A stretch of DNA of 32,075 nt from Minisyncoccia bacterium (GTDB lineage Bacteria; Patescibacteriota; Minisyncoccia; Phycocordibacterales; UBA918), in NCBI GenBank assembly GCA_046293175.1, contig JBKBPM010000002.1:224428-256502 (forward strand). Direction: 5' to 3'. Below the pieces are notes generated by a model. It ran no database searches, was not told the DNA's origin, and worked only from the letters and a program-made list of their open reading frames with translations. Every line of letters begins with the position of its first letter. Within the stretch, counting starts at the first letter, position 1. The position numbers were made by a program, and so were the translations under genes. This document shows positions 1 to 7,120 of the stretch, one piece after another.

Positions 1-809
1 CGCTCACCGATACGCTTTACGATCTAGCTGTGGAAGTAAAAGTCGCTGGTAACGTCCTTGTGCGCGATCGGGTAAATGTCCCAAATGGTTACTACGACTC
101 TGTCAAAGACGTGATCCGGTTTGATCCTTCAGGTAATAGTGACTTAGCACAGGTTTCCCCTGGGGAGATTAAGACCTTTTCATTTACTCTCAATCCAGGC
201 AGTGAGACGAATACCCCATCATTTACTCTTAATGCCAATGCGTACGCTCGTCGCGTGTCTGAATCAGCTGCAACTGAGCGGCTAGTTGGTACGGCAAAGA
301 CTGAAGTTAAGTTCACGTCTATTGTCCGTATTAACCGTGAGCTTGGTCGGGGTACCGGCACCTTTACCGAGACGGGACCGTTCCCTCCAGTGGCAGACCT
401 TGCCACAACCTACACGGTGACTCTGATTGCCAGCGCGGGTGGAAATGACGTGACGGGGGCTACAGTAGCAACTGCGCTTCCACAATATGTCTCGTGGCAA
501 AATCAATCATCAGGGGATGGCACCGTTTCTTTTAATCCAATCTCCAAAGAAATTGTCTGGTCAATTGGCGACATTGATGCGGGTAAAGAAAAACAAATGA
601 AGTTCCAAGTGAGCTTGCTACCGAGTCAGACGCAAATCGGGAGCGCACCAGCCATCTTGGCTGCCAGTCGCTTCCGCGCCACGGACCGCTTTACCGGCGA
701 CGTTGTCCGGGCTGATTCGGCACCACTTTCAACTGAACTCTCGACCGAAGCCGGCTTTGAAAAGGGAAACGGGATAATTCGTCGCACGGTTGGTGCCGCC
801 GCAGAATAA
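1..809 (+). CDS. C-terminal part of a hypothetical secreted/cell-surface protein (5' end lies upstream of the window); beta-sandwich, DUF11/CARDB-like repeat flavour
   Basis: Frame 3 is open from nt 3, with no stop before the listed ORF 30..809. Stop TAA is at 807-809 and a terminator follows at 825-861. The T/S/G/V-rich sequence (TYTVTLIASAGGNDVTGATVATALPQYVSW...VWSIGDIDAGKEKQMKFQVSL) resembles Ig-like adhesin repeats. The family call is by eye only. Confidence 0.6.
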   Translation, partial: LTDTLYDLAVEVKVAGNVLVRDRVNVPNGYYDSVKDVIRFDPSGNSDLAQVSPGEIKTFSFTLNPGSETNTPSFTLNANAYARRVSESAATERLVGTAKTEVKFTSIVRINRELGRGTGTFTETGPFPPVADLATTYTVTLIASAGGNDVTGATVATALPQYVSWQNQSSGDGTVSFNPISKEIVWSIGDIDAGKEKQMKFQVSLLPSQTQIGSAPAILAASRFRATDRFTGDVVRADSAPLSTELSTEAGFEKGNGIIRRTVGAAAE

Positions 810-824
810 TGCTTTCTATGAAAG

Positions 825-861
825 CCACCTCGCCAAACGCTTTTGGCGAGGTGGTTTTTTT
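825..861 (+). terminator. Intrinsic terminator
   Basis: The stem ccacctcgccaaa (825-837) pairs with tttggcgaggtgg (842-854) and is followed by T7 (855-861). Confidence 0.7.
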
Positions 862-893
862 GTGGTACAACAGTATCTGTAACTATACATATT

Positions 894-2285
894 ATGTCTT
901 TAGAAAACACTAGCCGTACTGTTGTCACCATGGATAAAATCACCGCGCTGTGTAAGCGCCGCGGGTTTGTCTTCCAGGGATCTGATATCTACGGTGGGCT
1001 TAAAGGGGCGTGGGATTTAGGTCCACTTGGTGTCGCACTCAACAACCGGATTAAGAGTGAGTGGTGGAAGATGTTTGTTGAAGGTCGGGAAGATATGTAC
1101 GGCCTTGATGCCGCGATTTTGATGAACGCAAAAGTCTGGGAAGCCTCAGGCCACGTAGCTGGTTTCGTCGATCCGCTTGTGGAAGACACTGAGACGGGTG
1201 AGCGCTTTCGAGCTGATCATCTGCTCAAAGACAACGGTATTGAGGCTGACGGCCTCTCGCTTGAAACGATTGACTCGCTGATTCTTGAAAAAGGAATCAA
1301 GAGTCCCAAAGGCAATCCACTTTCAAAGGCCCGTACTTTTAATATGATGTTTGAGACGCGGATAGGTGCGACTGCTGGACCAGAGGGACAAGTGTATCTT
1401 CGTCCTGAAACTGCTCAGGGTATTTTTGTAAACTTCAAAAATGTCGTGGACAGTATGTCACCAAAATTGCCATTTGGTATTGGACAGATTGGAAAGGCCT
1501 TTCGTAATGAAATTGCTCCACGAGAGTTCCTTTTTCGGGTGCGTGAGTTTGAACAGATGGAAATTGAGTACTTTGTTCGTCCCGAAGAATGGGAAACAAA
1601 GTTTGAAGAGTGGCGAGAGGCCATCTGGGCCTGGTTTGATCACCTCGGCCTTGCGCGCGAGAATGTACAGGAATTTGAAGTGCCAGAGAATGACCTCGCG
1701 CACTATAGTAAGCGCACGATTGACTTTGAGTACAACTACCCAGGCAAGGGTTTTGACGAGCTTGCCGGTTTTGCCTACCGCACCGACTTTGACCTCCGGG
1801 CTCACATGGCGGGGAGTGGCGTATCGATGGAGTACGTCGACGGAGATGGGACGAAGCTTGTGCCACATGTGCTTGAACCATCCTTTGGTGTTGGTCGTGC
1901 GCTCACGGCAGTGCTGTGTGAAGCGTACCGTGAAGACGAGGTTAACGGCGAAGTCCGCACCTACCTCGCCCTCCCAACCCACCTCGCACCATACCGGGTC
2001 TGCGTCTCACCGCTTTTGAAGAATAAATCAGAACTGGTAGACAAAGCCCGCGGTGTCTTCCAGTTACTCAAAAAAGAATTTGGAAATGTCGCCTGGGATG
2101 ATAACGGTAACGTCGGCAAGCGATACCGCCGCCAAGACGAAATTGGTACGCCATACTGCATCGTTATCGACTTTGATACCCTTGGCGAAAATCCTGACCT
2201 TACAGACTCCGTCACCATCCGCCACCGTGATAGTGGGGAGCAGGAGCGAGTAGCTATCGGTGAACTCGTTAGCCGATTGAAGTAG
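894..2285 (+). CDS. glyQS: Glycine--tRNA ligase, class II alpha2-dimer type
   Basis: Near-collinear by eye with Thermus/Bacillus-type GlyRS: LCKRRGFVFQGSDIYGG, YLRPETAQGIFVNFKNV, GKAFRNEIAPREFLFRVREFEQMEIEYF, GKRYRRQDEIGTPYCIVID. The listed start at 843 lies inside the upstream terminator, so ATG 894 is preferred. ATG 930 is also possible. Confidence 0.9.
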   Translation: MSLENTSRTVVTMDKITALCKRRGFVFQGSDIYGGLKGAWDLGPLGVALNNRIKSEWWKMFVEGREDMYGLDAAILMNAKVWEASGHVAGFVDPLVEDTETGERFRADHLLKDNGIEADGLSLETIDSLILEKGIKSPKGNPLSKARTFNMMFETRIGATAGPEGQVYLRPETAQGIFVNFKNVVDSMSPKLPFGIGQIGKAFRNEIAPREFLFRVREFEQMEIEYFVRPEEWETKFEEWREAIWAWFDHLGLARENVQEFEVPENDLAHYSKRTIDFEYNYPGKGFDELAGFAYRTDFDLRAHMAGSGVSMEYVDGDGTKLVPHVLEPSFGVGRALTAVLCEAYREDEVNGEVRTYLALPTHLAPYRVCVSPLLKNKSELVDKARGVFQLLKKEFGNVAWDDNGNVGKRYRRQDEIGTPYCIVIDFDTLGENPDLTDSVTIRHRDSGEQERVAIGELVSRLK

Positions 2286-2288
2286 TAT

Positions 2289-2317
2289 TTGACAAATACC
2301 AATTAAGGTTGTAATTT
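2289..2317 (+). promoter_or_regulatory. Sigma70-like promoter for the 2354 gene
   Basis: TTGACA (2289-2294), a 17-nt spacer, then TAATTT (2312-2317). AGGAGG lies at 2343-2348, 5 nt before the GTG start at 2354. Confidence 0.45.
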
Positions 2318-2353
2318 TACTCAGATTGATCTTATTGCCTAAAGGAGGCAGCT

Positions 2354-2851
2354 GTGTTCCATCACCATATCGATGAAGTGTCCGCACACGACTGGTTTCG
2401 CTTCATCATGGCCGAGTACATGATGGAGATTCTGCAGTGTGAGAAATACTTCGGGGAACCTCATACCTGTCACATCATCGCCCGAGTGGTCGCTCCGCTT
2501 CTGGAAGCTCGTGTCGTTACTGGCGCGGTTTTCACCCTCTATAAGGAGGGTGACGAAGTGAAACTGTTCGAAAACGAACACTCTTGGATAGAGTTCGACC
2601 AGGGGTGGGTGCTTGACCTCAAGCCAGTCGGCATCATGTCGCGCGGGCCGATTCTCGTTGATGCAAAACCGCGTGGTCCTGGGTATCTGTGGTACCACCG
2701 ATACGATCGGTGGCACTGGCCAAAAGAAATACAGACAGACACGACGAAAAAATCGATACATCGTATGCGGAGAGCCCTGGCTGATGTGCTCGTGCAGAAA
2801 CCTCTTTCGAAGACAGAACACGCACGACGTTTCCATAAGCTCATCTCCTAA
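2354..2851 (+). CDS. Hypothetical small protein, possible transglutaminase/papain-fold Cys-His-Asp hydrolase
   Basis: Strong SD (AGGAGG) 5 nt upstream of the GTG start, and a terminator directly downstream. The motif order GEPHTCHIIARV ... NEHSWIEFDQGWVLDLKP matches the Cys / His-x-Trp-x-Glu / Asp layout of transglutaminase-like peptidases. The functional call is tentative. Confidence 0.7.
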   Translation: MFHHHIDEVSAHDWFRFIMAEYMMEILQCEKYFGEPHTCHIIARVVAPLLEARVVTGAVFTLYKEGDEVKLFENEHSWIEFDQGWVLDLKPVGIMSRGPILVDAKPRGPGYLWYHRYDRWHWPKEIQTDTTKKSIHRMRRALADVLVQKPLSKTEHARRFHKLIS

Positions 2852-2855
2852 GCAT

Positions 2856-2890
2856 GGCCGGCCCCGTGAGGGACCGGCCGCCTTTTTATT
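2856..2890 (+). terminator. Intrinsic terminator
   Basis: ggccggcccc (2856-2865) pairs with gggaccggcc (2870-2879) with one mismatch, then gccTTTTTaTTT. Confidence 0.7.
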
Positions 2891-2898
2891 TCCCGGGC

Positions 2899-2921
2899 TG
2901 TGATAGAGTATTTTAACCATG
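2899..2921 (+). promoter_or_regulatory. Extended -10 promoter-like module, copy 1 (TGTGATAGAGTATTTTAACCATG)
   Basis: TGaTAGAGT fits TGnTAnnnT. It matches the metG promoter/start module at 3089-3111 at 20 of 23 positions, including the ATG (2919-2921). Confidence 0.4.
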
Positions 2922-3088
2922 TTCCAAAGTGGCAGTAGCCAGCGTTTGGCGGTGGGCGTCCACCAACAAGCAGTATCCGGCTTTGCGTGAGACGAAGGGT
3001 CGGTTGTAGGAACGATGGGAGGGGTGGTGTCTATTGTTTTGCTGAGATATGCGATCGCTGGCACCGCCCCGTTTCTATTTGCAGAGAT

Positions 3089-3111
3089 TGTGATACAGTA
3101 TTTTGACTATG
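3089..3111 (+). promoter_or_regulatory. Extended -10 promoter of metG, copy 2 (TGTGATACAGTATTTTGACTATG)
   Basis: TGaTACAGT lies at 3091-3099 and the metG ATG at 3109. This predicts an mRNA with almost no leader. No SD is present. Confidence 0.45.
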
Positions 3112-4548
3112 GCAGATAAAAAAGCGAGGTATATTACCACCACCTTACCGTATGTGAACGCCGACCCACATATCGGTTTTGCGTATGAGATTGTAAATGC
3201 CGACGCTTTGGCACGCTACTGGCGTCTCTTGGGTGATGAGGTGTTTTTCAATACCGGTACAGACGAGCATGGGCAGAAGATTGCCCAGAAGGCCGATGAA
3301 AAAGGCGAGAGTCGCCAAGCGTATGTTGATCATTATGCTAACGAGTTCAAAAAGCTCGGTGAGGCACTCAATCTATCTTTTGATGCCTTCATCCGTACTA
3401 CTGACGCAAAACACGTAGCGGCTGCGCAAGAAATCTGGCGCCGCTGTGCCGAACGGGGAGATATTTTTAAGAAGTCATACAGTGGTCACTATTGTGTGGG
3501 GTGTGAGCTGTTTTATAAACCAGAAGAGCTACTTGAAGGAAATGTTTGTCCAATTCACACCACACCGTGTCAGGTGATTCAAGAAGAAAACTACTTCTTC
3601 AAACTCTCAAACTACCAGACGTACCTCGAAGACTACCTCAGTCGTGAGGGAGTGATTGAGCCAGAATGGCGTCGCCAGGAAGCGCTTAACTTTGTAAAAG
3701 CTGGGCTCGAAGACTTTAGTATTTCGCGCGAGAAGTCGCGTCTTGATTGGGGTATTCCGGTACCAGACGACGAGAACCAGGTCATGTACGTGTGGTTTGA
3801 TGCGCTCACGAACTACATCTCGACGCTTGGCTGGCCAGATGAGTCAGGAGACTTTGGTAAGTTCTGGCGTGACGGCGACGTCATGCAAGTAGCCGGTAAG
3901 GATCAGGTACGCTTCCAGTCCATCATGTGGCAGGCGATGCTCAAGAGTGCAGGGGTAAAAGCGACAGACAAAGTGGTCTACCACGGCTTTATTAATAGTG
4001 GCGGACAGAAGATGAGTAAGTCTCTCGGTAACGTGATTTCACCGTACGAACTGATTGAAAAGTACGGCACAGACGCCACGCGCTACTTGCTTCTTCGCCA
4101 CGTTCATCCATTTGATGATAGTGACGTCACCTGGGAGAAGCTTGATGAGTGGTACACCGCGAATCTCGTCAATGGTCTCGGGAACCTCGTCGCTCGTGTG
4201 ATGAAGATGGCTGAGACGCATCTTGACGCACCGGTCGAGCGACCAGAAGCGGTGAGATTTGCTGATGAGTACACTGAAGCCTTTGCGACACATAATCTCC
4301 AGTTGGTGTGTGACTATGTGTGGTCGCGAGTGGGTGCGCTTGATGAACGGATTGCGACCGAAGAACCATTTAAGCTTGTAAAGACTGAACCAGAGAAAGC
4401 GAAGGCGATAATTCGTGAACTAGTCCTTGAGGTGTACAGTATCGGCCGTCTCCTCAGTCCACTCATGCCAGAAACAAACCGCATCATCAAAGAAGCGGTC
4501 CTTGAGAACAAAAAGCCAGACAATCTCTTTAAGCGCCTTGATGCGTAG
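3109..4548 (+). CDS. metG: Methionine--tRNA ligase (short form)
   Basis: Class I signatures are PYVNADPHIGFAY (HIGH-type) and an exact KMSKS (GGQKMSKSLGN). A zinc-knuckle-like CVGCELF...CPIH is present. ATG 3109 is preferred over the listed TTG 3103. Confidence 0.92.
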   Translation: MADKKARYITTTLPYVNADPHIGFAYEIVNADALARYWRLLGDEVFFNTGTDEHGQKIAQKADEKGESRQAYVDHYANEFKKLGEALNLSFDAFIRTTDAKHVAAAQEIWRRCAERGDIFKKSYSGHYCVGCELFYKPEELLEGNVCPIHTTPCQVIQEENYFFKLSNYQTYLEDYLSREGVIEPEWRRQEALNFVKAGLEDFSISREKSRLDWGIPVPDDENQVMYVWFDALTNYISTLGWPDESGDFGKFWRDGDVMQVAGKDQVRFQSIMWQAMLKSAGVKATDKVVYHGFINSGGQKMSKSLGNVISPYELIEKYGTDATRYLLLRHVHPFDDSDVTWEKLDEWYTANLVNGLGNLVARVMKMAETHLDAPVERPEAVRFADEYTEAFATHNLQLVCDYVWSRVGALDERIATEEPFKLVKTEPEKAKAIIRELVLEVYSIGRLLSPLMPETNRIIKEAVLENKKPDNLFKRLDA

Positions 4549-4549
4549 T

Positions 4550-5143
4550 ATGGAAAAACCACAAGTCATATTCATACACGGCGGAGACGCCTTTCGTGAT
4601 CCAGAGAAACTCTATGAGATGTTGCGTGAGCGGATGTTTAATCCGTATGAAGCCAAAAAGAAATGGCAGGAGTTATTGTTTGCCAATCTTGCTGATACAC
4701 ATGAGTGTCACCGGCTGTCGATGCCAAACTCATTTTGGGCAGACTACGAAGCTTGGAAAATTTGGTTTGAAAAAATGGTCCCGTACCTCCGGGATGGAGT
4801 AGTGCTCGTCGGACACTCTCTTGGCGGTAGCTTCTTGTTCCGGTATCTCACTGAAAACAAACTACCTGTTACCGTAGGACAACTGCACCTCGTCGCGCCA
4901 GTAATTTTGCCAACCGAAGATTGTGGGGGATTCTATATCAATATCGAAAACTGGACCGGGTTTGCTTCAGTAGTCACCGCTGTCCATCTCTGGCATTCAG
5001 AAGATGATTTTGTTGTGCCAATCATCCATAGCGAAACGGTAGTAAATCTCTATCCAACCGCCACCTTCCATCGCTTCGCTGACCGTTTCCACTTTATTGG
5101 CGAGACGTTTCCTGAGATTGAAGCTGTAATCGCCACCACCTAA
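4550..5143 (+). CDS. Small alpha/beta-fold serine hydrolase (YdeN/RBBP9-like)
   Basis: ATG 4550 lies 1 nt after the metG stop (TAG 4546-4548); the upstream part of the listed ORF overlaps metG. Motifs: VIFIHGG, nucleophile elbow LVGHSLGG, acid WHSEDDFVVP, and a C-terminal His (DRFHF). Confidence 0.8.
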   Translation: MEKPQVIFIHGGDAFRDPEKLYEMLRERMFNPYEAKKKWQELLFANLADTHECHRLSMPNSFWADYEAWKIWFEKMVPYLRDGVVLVGHSLGGSFLFRYLTENKLPVTVGQLHLVAPVILPTEDCGGFYINIENWTGFASVVTAVHLWHSEDDFVVPIIHSETVVNLYPTATFHRFADRFHFIGETFPEIEAVIATT

Positions 5144-5145
5144 AT

Positions 5146-5685
5146 ATGCGACATCTTATAGTACTGCCAGGGAATAGTTTAAAGAACAAAGCGTGGGGTG
5201 AGCTTATGCTCGAGATGTACACCTCACAATTTGATTCGGCTTTTATGCTTGAGTACGACCACTGGGTGAGTGGGGAAGCGAATATCAATTTTGCGAGAGA
5301 GGAAGAAAAACTGCGTGCGCATACGGCGTCACTGCCGACCGGGACGGTGATTGTGCTTATGGCTAAGTCGGCCGGTTCACTGTTGGCGTTTTTGGCTATA
5401 CACCACAGAGCTATCACACCAAGTCACTGTGTGTTTTTTGGTATACCGTTTGATCTTGCAGCAGAGAATCTCTTCAAAGACGATTGGTCAGCGGTAGACA
5501 GTTTTGCGATCAAGGCCATTGCGTTTCATAATGTGGCCGATCCAACCACCAGTTACGAGTTCACCAAATCAATGCTTGAAGCACACGCACCTCGAATTAC
5601 TCTTATCACCACAAATGAAGCCGACCATTGGTATGGAGATACCAATACATACACCCCAACGATTAACACTTTACTTGAAAAATAA
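5146..5685 (+). CDS. Second small alpha/beta-hydrolase-like protein with variant nucleophile motif
   Basis: The start is 2 nt after the previous stop. Motifs are LIVLPGNS, LMAKSAGSL (A-x-S-x-G instead of G-x-S-x-G), HNVADP and EADHWYG, giving the same Ser/Asp/His order as its upstream neighbour. Confidence 0.7.
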   Translation: MRHLIVLPGNSLKNKAWGELMLEMYTSQFDSAFMLEYDHWVSGEANINFAREEEKLRAHTASLPTGTVIVLMAKSAGSLLAFLAIHHRAITPSHCVFFGIPFDLAAENLFKDDWSAVDSFAIKAIAFHNVADPTTSYEFTKSMLEAHAPRITLITTNEADHWYGDTNTYTPTINTLLEK

Positions 5686-5725
5686 TCACAAAAACCTTTC
5701 AGTTAACTGAAAGGTTTTTGTGATT
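5684..5725. terminator. Perfect 21+21 nt palindrome acting as a bidirectional terminator; copy 1 of the AAAACCTTTCAGTTAACTGAAAGGTTTT element
   Basis: aatcacaaaaacctttcagtt | aactgaaaggtttttgtgatt. It lies between convergent genes, overlaps both stop codons, and is T-rich on both sides. Confidence 0.7.
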
Positions 5726-6164
5726 ATTTTTCGCGCTGTCTTAGTGCTGCTCGGTCCTTTTTATAAAGTTCCGAAGCGTGTGTCTCACCATAGTGTGGCA
5801 AAATCCCGCCGAGGTGAAGAATATCATCTATGGCTTGCAGAAAACCAATAATTGAAGGAGTCGGCTTCGCAATACAGGCTATGATATTCCCGTAGTGATT
5901 TTCTTCGAGCAAATCTTGTTGCCTCGCCACTGTTGCTGGACTCACGTGTAATGTCTGAGCAATGAAGTACAAACTTTGTTTTTTATGAAGCAGAATTATT
6001 ATTGCCAGACGCTTAGCTAACATAATTTTTTCTTCCGGTCCGAGAAGGTCGCGAAAAAGTCCTTGCGTTGCATCGGCTGAACGATTAGAAAATAAAATTC
6101 CAAGTTGATCGAATAGTTCGTTTTCTTGCTCCTTTGAGAGGGGAAATTTAGAAATATTAGTCAT
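5724..6164 (-). CDS. TrpR/YerC-YecD-like helix-turn-helix regulator
   Basis: 146 aa. EEKIMLAKRLAIIILLHKKQSLYFIAQTLHVSPATVARQ fits the Trp-repressor-like HTH pattern. The family call is by eye. Confidence 0.75.
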   Translation of the reverse strand: MTNISKFPLSKEQENELFDQLGILFSNRSADATQGLFRDLLGPEEKIMLAKRLAIIILLHKKQSLYFIAQTLHVSPATVARQQDLLEENHYGNIIACIAKPTPSIIGFLQAIDDILHLGGILPHYGETHASELYKKDRAALRQREK

Positions 6165-6169
6165 ACACT

Positions 6170-6218
6170 ATTTTACAAAACCTTTCAGTTAACTGAAAGG
6201 TTTTGGGTGTGTTATACT
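6170..6218. promoter_or_regulatory. Divergent promoter region with candidate operator palindrome (copy 2, 6176-6205)
   Basis: The perfect palindrome caaaacctttcagtt|aactgaaaggttttg (6176-6205) sits between a minus-strand TAAAAT (6170-6175, 5 nt from the ATG at 6164) and a plus-strand TGtTATACT (6210-6218, 13 nt before the tatD ATG). Confidence 0.5.
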
Positions 6219-6231
6219 CGAATATTATTGT

Positions 6232-7077
6232 ATGAAATGGATAGATACACATGCCCACCTCAATCTCTCGGCCTTCCATGATGATGTGGATACGGTGGTG
6301 GCTCGGTGTCTCACTGAAGAGGTGAACGTTATCAATATTGGTACCAAACTATCGACAAGCATGCGGGCGGTGGAACTTGCGCGTCGCTATAATCACTTAT
6401 ACGCAATTATTGGTCTCCACCCAATTCAGACGGTCCCAGGCACGCACGACGAAGACGAGATTGGGGAAGGTGGACAGCCTTTTGTCAGTCGTGGTGAGAT
6501 CTTTGATTATGACGCCTTTCGCACCCTTGCCCAATCGCCAAAGGTAGTTGGTATTGGTGAGTGTGGTTTTGACTATTGGCATTGTCCAAAAGACACGTAC
6601 GAAATACAGGAGACGGCTTTTCTTGAACAGATTAAACTGGCGAACGAACTTGATTTGCCGCTCATGATTCACACTCGCGGACCAAAGCCCAGGGAAGAGA
6701 GTCCTACTGGTCGCAGTGTCTACGAAGATGTCTACGAGATACTCAAGCACCATACCAAAGTACCGTTTAATGTACATTTCTACGCGGGTACCCTCGAAGA
6801 AGCCAAGCGATTTTTTGAAATTGGTGGCACAATTTCCTTTACGGGGGTAGTGACTTTCGCGAAGGTGTACGAAGACATTATCAAAGCCATACCGCTTGAT
6901 AAGATGCATGCCGAGACTGATTGTCCGTATGTTGCTCCAGTGCCATACCGTGGCCAGCGCTGCGAACCCTGGATGGTCAAGGAAGTGTATAAGAAGATAG
7001 CAACGATACGGGGAGAAGCTGAAGAACAAGTCTGTGAGCAATTGTTGCACAACGCTCAGCAACTGTACCGGCTATAG
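6232..7077 (+). CDS. tatD: TatD-family metal-dependent hydrolase/DNase
   Basis: IDTHAHLN, GECGFDYW, LPLMIHTR, NVHFYAG and HAETDCPYVAP are the TatD metal-ligand motifs. Confidence 0.9.
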   Translation: MKWIDTHAHLNLSAFHDDVDTVVARCLTEEVNVINIGTKLSTSMRAVELARRYNHLYAIIGLHPIQTVPGTHDEDEIGEGGQPFVSRGEIFDYDAFRTLAQSPKVVGIGECGFDYWHCPKDTYEIQETAFLEQIKLANELDLPLMIHTRGPKPREESPTGRSVYEDVYEILKHHTKVPFNVHFYAGTLEEAKRFFEIGGTISFTGVVTFAKVYEDIIKAIPLDKMHAETDCPYVAPVPYRGQRCEPWMVKEVYKKIATIRGEAEEQVCEQLLHNAQQLYRL

Positions 7078-7079
7078 AT

Positions 7080-7120
7080 AAACCAAATGCTCGACACTTT
7101 TAGTGTCGAGCATTTGGTTT
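7080..7120. terminator. Bidirectional intrinsic terminator
   Basis: A 19-bp perfect stem, aaaccaaatgctcgacact (7080-7098) pairing with agtgtcgagcatttggttt (7102-7120), between convergent genes. Confidence 0.75.

Noticed and set aside
843-893. Listed start of glyQS at 843
   Set aside because: The first 17 codons overlap the stem and T-run of the upstream terminator and are not homologous to GlyRS. ATG 894 (or 930) is used instead.
2339-3064. 241-aa ORF on the minus strand
   Set aside because: It is antisense to the SD-led CDS 2354..2851 and runs through that gene's terminator and the intergenic region. It has no start signals and its P/R/C/W-rich composition is typical of an antisense frame.
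2916-3108. T-box riboswitch controlling metG
   Set aside because: The length, the position upstream of an aaRS gene and the terminator-like helix made this attractive. However, I could not find the conserved T-box sequence (AAnnnGGGUGGUACCGCG-like; only GGGGTGGTG is present), a convincing stem I with an AUG specifier loop, or the AG/GNUGGA boxes. It is kept only as an untested possibility inside the broader finding.
6397-7062. 221-aa minus-strand ORF
   Set aside because: It is fully antisense to tatD, which has unambiguous family motifs. It shows no signals and no recognisable domain.
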